From Armatimonadota bacterium (GTDB taxonomy: Bacteria > Armatimonadota > UBA10988): 64,000 nt of DNA. The stretch is from assembly GCA_016235455.1 (NCBI GenBank), contig JACRKZ010000057.1, positions 1-64,000 on the forward strand, written 5' to 3'. Both the position numbers and the translations under genes were made by a program. Shown here in pieces: positions 62,498 to 64,000 of this stretch (position 1 is its first letter; each line of letters starts with the position of its first letter). Under the pieces are notes generated by a model. The model was not told the origin of the DNA, did not search any database, and saw nothing but the letters and a program-made list of their open reading frames with translations.

Positions 62498-63442
62498 ATG
62501 GAACGGATCGTACTGGCCGCGCCGCGCGGATTCTGCGCCGGCGTCTCCTATGCCATCGGCATCGTCAACCGCGCCATCGAGGCGTTTGGCACGCCGCTCT
62601 ACGTGCGCCACGCCATCGTGCATAACGAGTGGGTGGTGCGCAGCTTCGAGGATCGTGGGGTCATCTTCGTCGAGGATCTGGCCGATGTGCCCGCCGGCCG
62701 ACCGGTGGTCTTCAGCGCGCACGGGGTAAGCCCCGAGGTACGCGCCGAGGCCCGTGGGCGCGACCTGAAGATCATCGACGCCACCTGCCCGTTGGTGGAT
62801 AAGGTGCACCGCGAGGCGCAGGAATGGGCCACGCGCGACCACACCATTCTCTACATCGGCCACCACGGCCATGCGGAGGCCGTGGGGACCATGGGCGAGG
62901 CGCCCGAGCGCATGTTGCTCATCGGCGGGGTCGAGGATGCCGAGGCGGTGCAGCCGCCGGATCCCGACCGCGTCGTCGTACTCACCCAGACCACGCTGAG
63001 CGTCGACGAGGTCGGCGACCTGGTGCAGGTGCTCAAACGGCGGTTCCCGGCGCTGAGTACGCCACGCAAGGAAGACATCTGCTACGCCACCACCAACCGC
63101 CAGGAAGCGGTCAAGGAGTTGGCGCAGCGCTGCGACATGGTGCTGGTCGTCGGCTCGACGAGCAGTTCCAACACCAACCGCCTGCGCGAAGTGGCCGAGA
63201 CCTGCGGCGTCGACGCCTACCTCGTGGCGGATGCCGACGGTGTTCGCGAGGACTGGCTGCGTGACCACAACGTGATCGGCGTCACGTCTGGCGCGTCCAC
63301 GCCCGAGATCGCCGTCGACCAGGTCGTCGAACGCATGATGCGCTTCGCCACGGTGCCCATCGAAACCCTGGAGACCGTGGAAGAGAAGATCCACTTCCGG
63401 CCCCCGCGCGAACTGGTTGAGGCCGCCGGCGAGGGGTCATGA
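62498..63442 (+). CDS. ispH: 4-hydroxy-3-methylbut-2-enyl diphosphate reductase
   Basis: PRGFCAGV, IVHN, FSAHGV, DATCPLV.KVH, H.E, QTTLS, DICYAT.NRQ, SSN, TSGASTP. Confidence 0.97.
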   Translation: MERIVLAAPRGFCAGVSYAIGIVNRAIEAFGTPLYVRHAIVHNEWVVRSFEDRGVIFVEDLADVPAGRPVVFSAHGVSPEVRAEARGRDLKIIDATCPLVDKVHREAQEWATRDHTILYIGHHGHAEAVGTMGEAPERMLLIGGVEDAEAVQPPDPDRVVVLTQTTLSVDEVGDLVQVLKRRFPALSTPRKEDICYATTNRQEAVKELAQRCDMVLVVGSTSSSNTNRLREVAETCGVDAYLVADADGVREDWLRDHNVIGVTSGASTPEIAVDQVVERMMRFATVPIETLETVEEKIHFRPPRELVEAAGEGS

Positions 63443-64000
63443 TCGAGGTCGCGCCGGCGATGCTGTGGCATGGTGACGGCGCGCGCGTGGTCTGCGACCT
63501 GTGCCCACACCGCTGCGCGCTGGTCGACAGCGGGCTGGGGCGCTGCGGCGTGCGTCGCAACGACGGCGGCCAACTGGTCACACTGGCCGACGGCTGGCTG
63601 GTGGCGGCCCATGCCGCGCCCATCGAGCGCAAGCCGTTGCACCATGTGGCGCCTGGCAGCCAGAGCTTCAGCTTCGCGGCCGCCGGTTGCACGCTGCGCT
63701 GCGCCTACTGCCAGAACTGGATGATCAGTCAGACGGTCAAGGAAGGCGCCGGCCCGCCGGCCGCCCACTGGACCGCCGAACGGCTGGTGGATGCCGCCCG
63801 GCAAGCCGGCTGTGCTGTCCTGGCGGCGACGTTCGGCGAGCCGACGGTCTTCGCCGAGTTTGCGCTGCGCGCCGCTCGGTCGGCTCGCGACGCGGGTCTG
63901 CTGAACGTCTGGAAGACCAACGGGCTGACCACGCTTGAGGCGGTTGAGCAGATCGCGCCATGGCTCGACGCGGTGAACGTCGACCTCAAGGGCTGGGACG
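63439..64000 (+). CDS. AmmeMemoRadiSam-type radical SAM enzyme (truncated by window end)
   Basis: Manual translation from ATG 63439 (ATGA overlap): ..VVCDLCPHRC....GRCGVRRN..PIERKPL.H..PGS..AAGCTLRCAYCQNWMISQ..GEPT..TNG..DAVNVDLKG. Confidence 0.88.
   Translation, partial: MIEVAPAMLWHGDGARVVCDLCPHRCALVDSGLGRCGVRRNDGGQLVTLADGWLVAAHAAPIERKPLHHVAPGSQSFSFAAAGCTLRCAYCQNWMISQTVKEGAGPPAAHWTAERLVDAARQAGCAVLAATFGEPTVFAEFALRAARSARDAGLLNVWKTNGLTTLEAVEQIAPWLDAVNVDLKGWD

Noticed and set aside
1-64000. Systematic stop-codon recoding (Sec/Pyl or an alternative genetic code)
   Set aside because: Apart from the single TAG in the PIN gene, recognised genes are full length and end normally at TAA, TAG or TGA.

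Overview
A GC-rich (about 70% by eye), gene-dense chromosomal window from a probably diderm bacterium. The LolA-like and TolB-like proteins, a lipoprotein, CdaA/CdaR, ScpAB and URO-D/sulfatase/DUF362 accessory genes would fit Armatimonadota or a similar lineage; this is inference only. Most of the window is housekeeping: glnA, cdaA-cdaR, folB, trpD, trpS-scpA-scpB-DD-carboxypeptidase-rluB, pgi, aroK, queF, tilS, purC, hom, accB, ispH, tRNA-Pro(CGG) and tRNA-Leu(CAG). These are mixed with carbohydrate and sulfate-ester catabolism genes (sulfatase, anaerobic sulfatase maturase, GH38, FGGY kinase, an FGE-fold/sialidase-fold fusion). I saw no integrase, transposase, phage gene or CRISPR array. The strongest leads are: (1) a dispersed family of intergenic palindromes built from 9-nt units (four copies); (2) a Tat-exported aldo/keto-reductase-fold protein that appears to lack the catalytic tetrad, paired with a tetraheme cytochrome c; (3) an OlsF-like acyltransferase next to a PmtA/OlsG-like methyltransferase, predicting N-methylated ornithine lipids; (4) cdaA-cdaR followed by glnA instead of glmM; (5) a consensus sigma-54 promoter with a multi-hairpin region upstream; (6) an ApgM-like pseudoenzyme; (7) a VapC-like toxin gene with an in-frame amber codon. 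All family assignments come from motifs read by eye and from remembered family consensus; no database searches were run.
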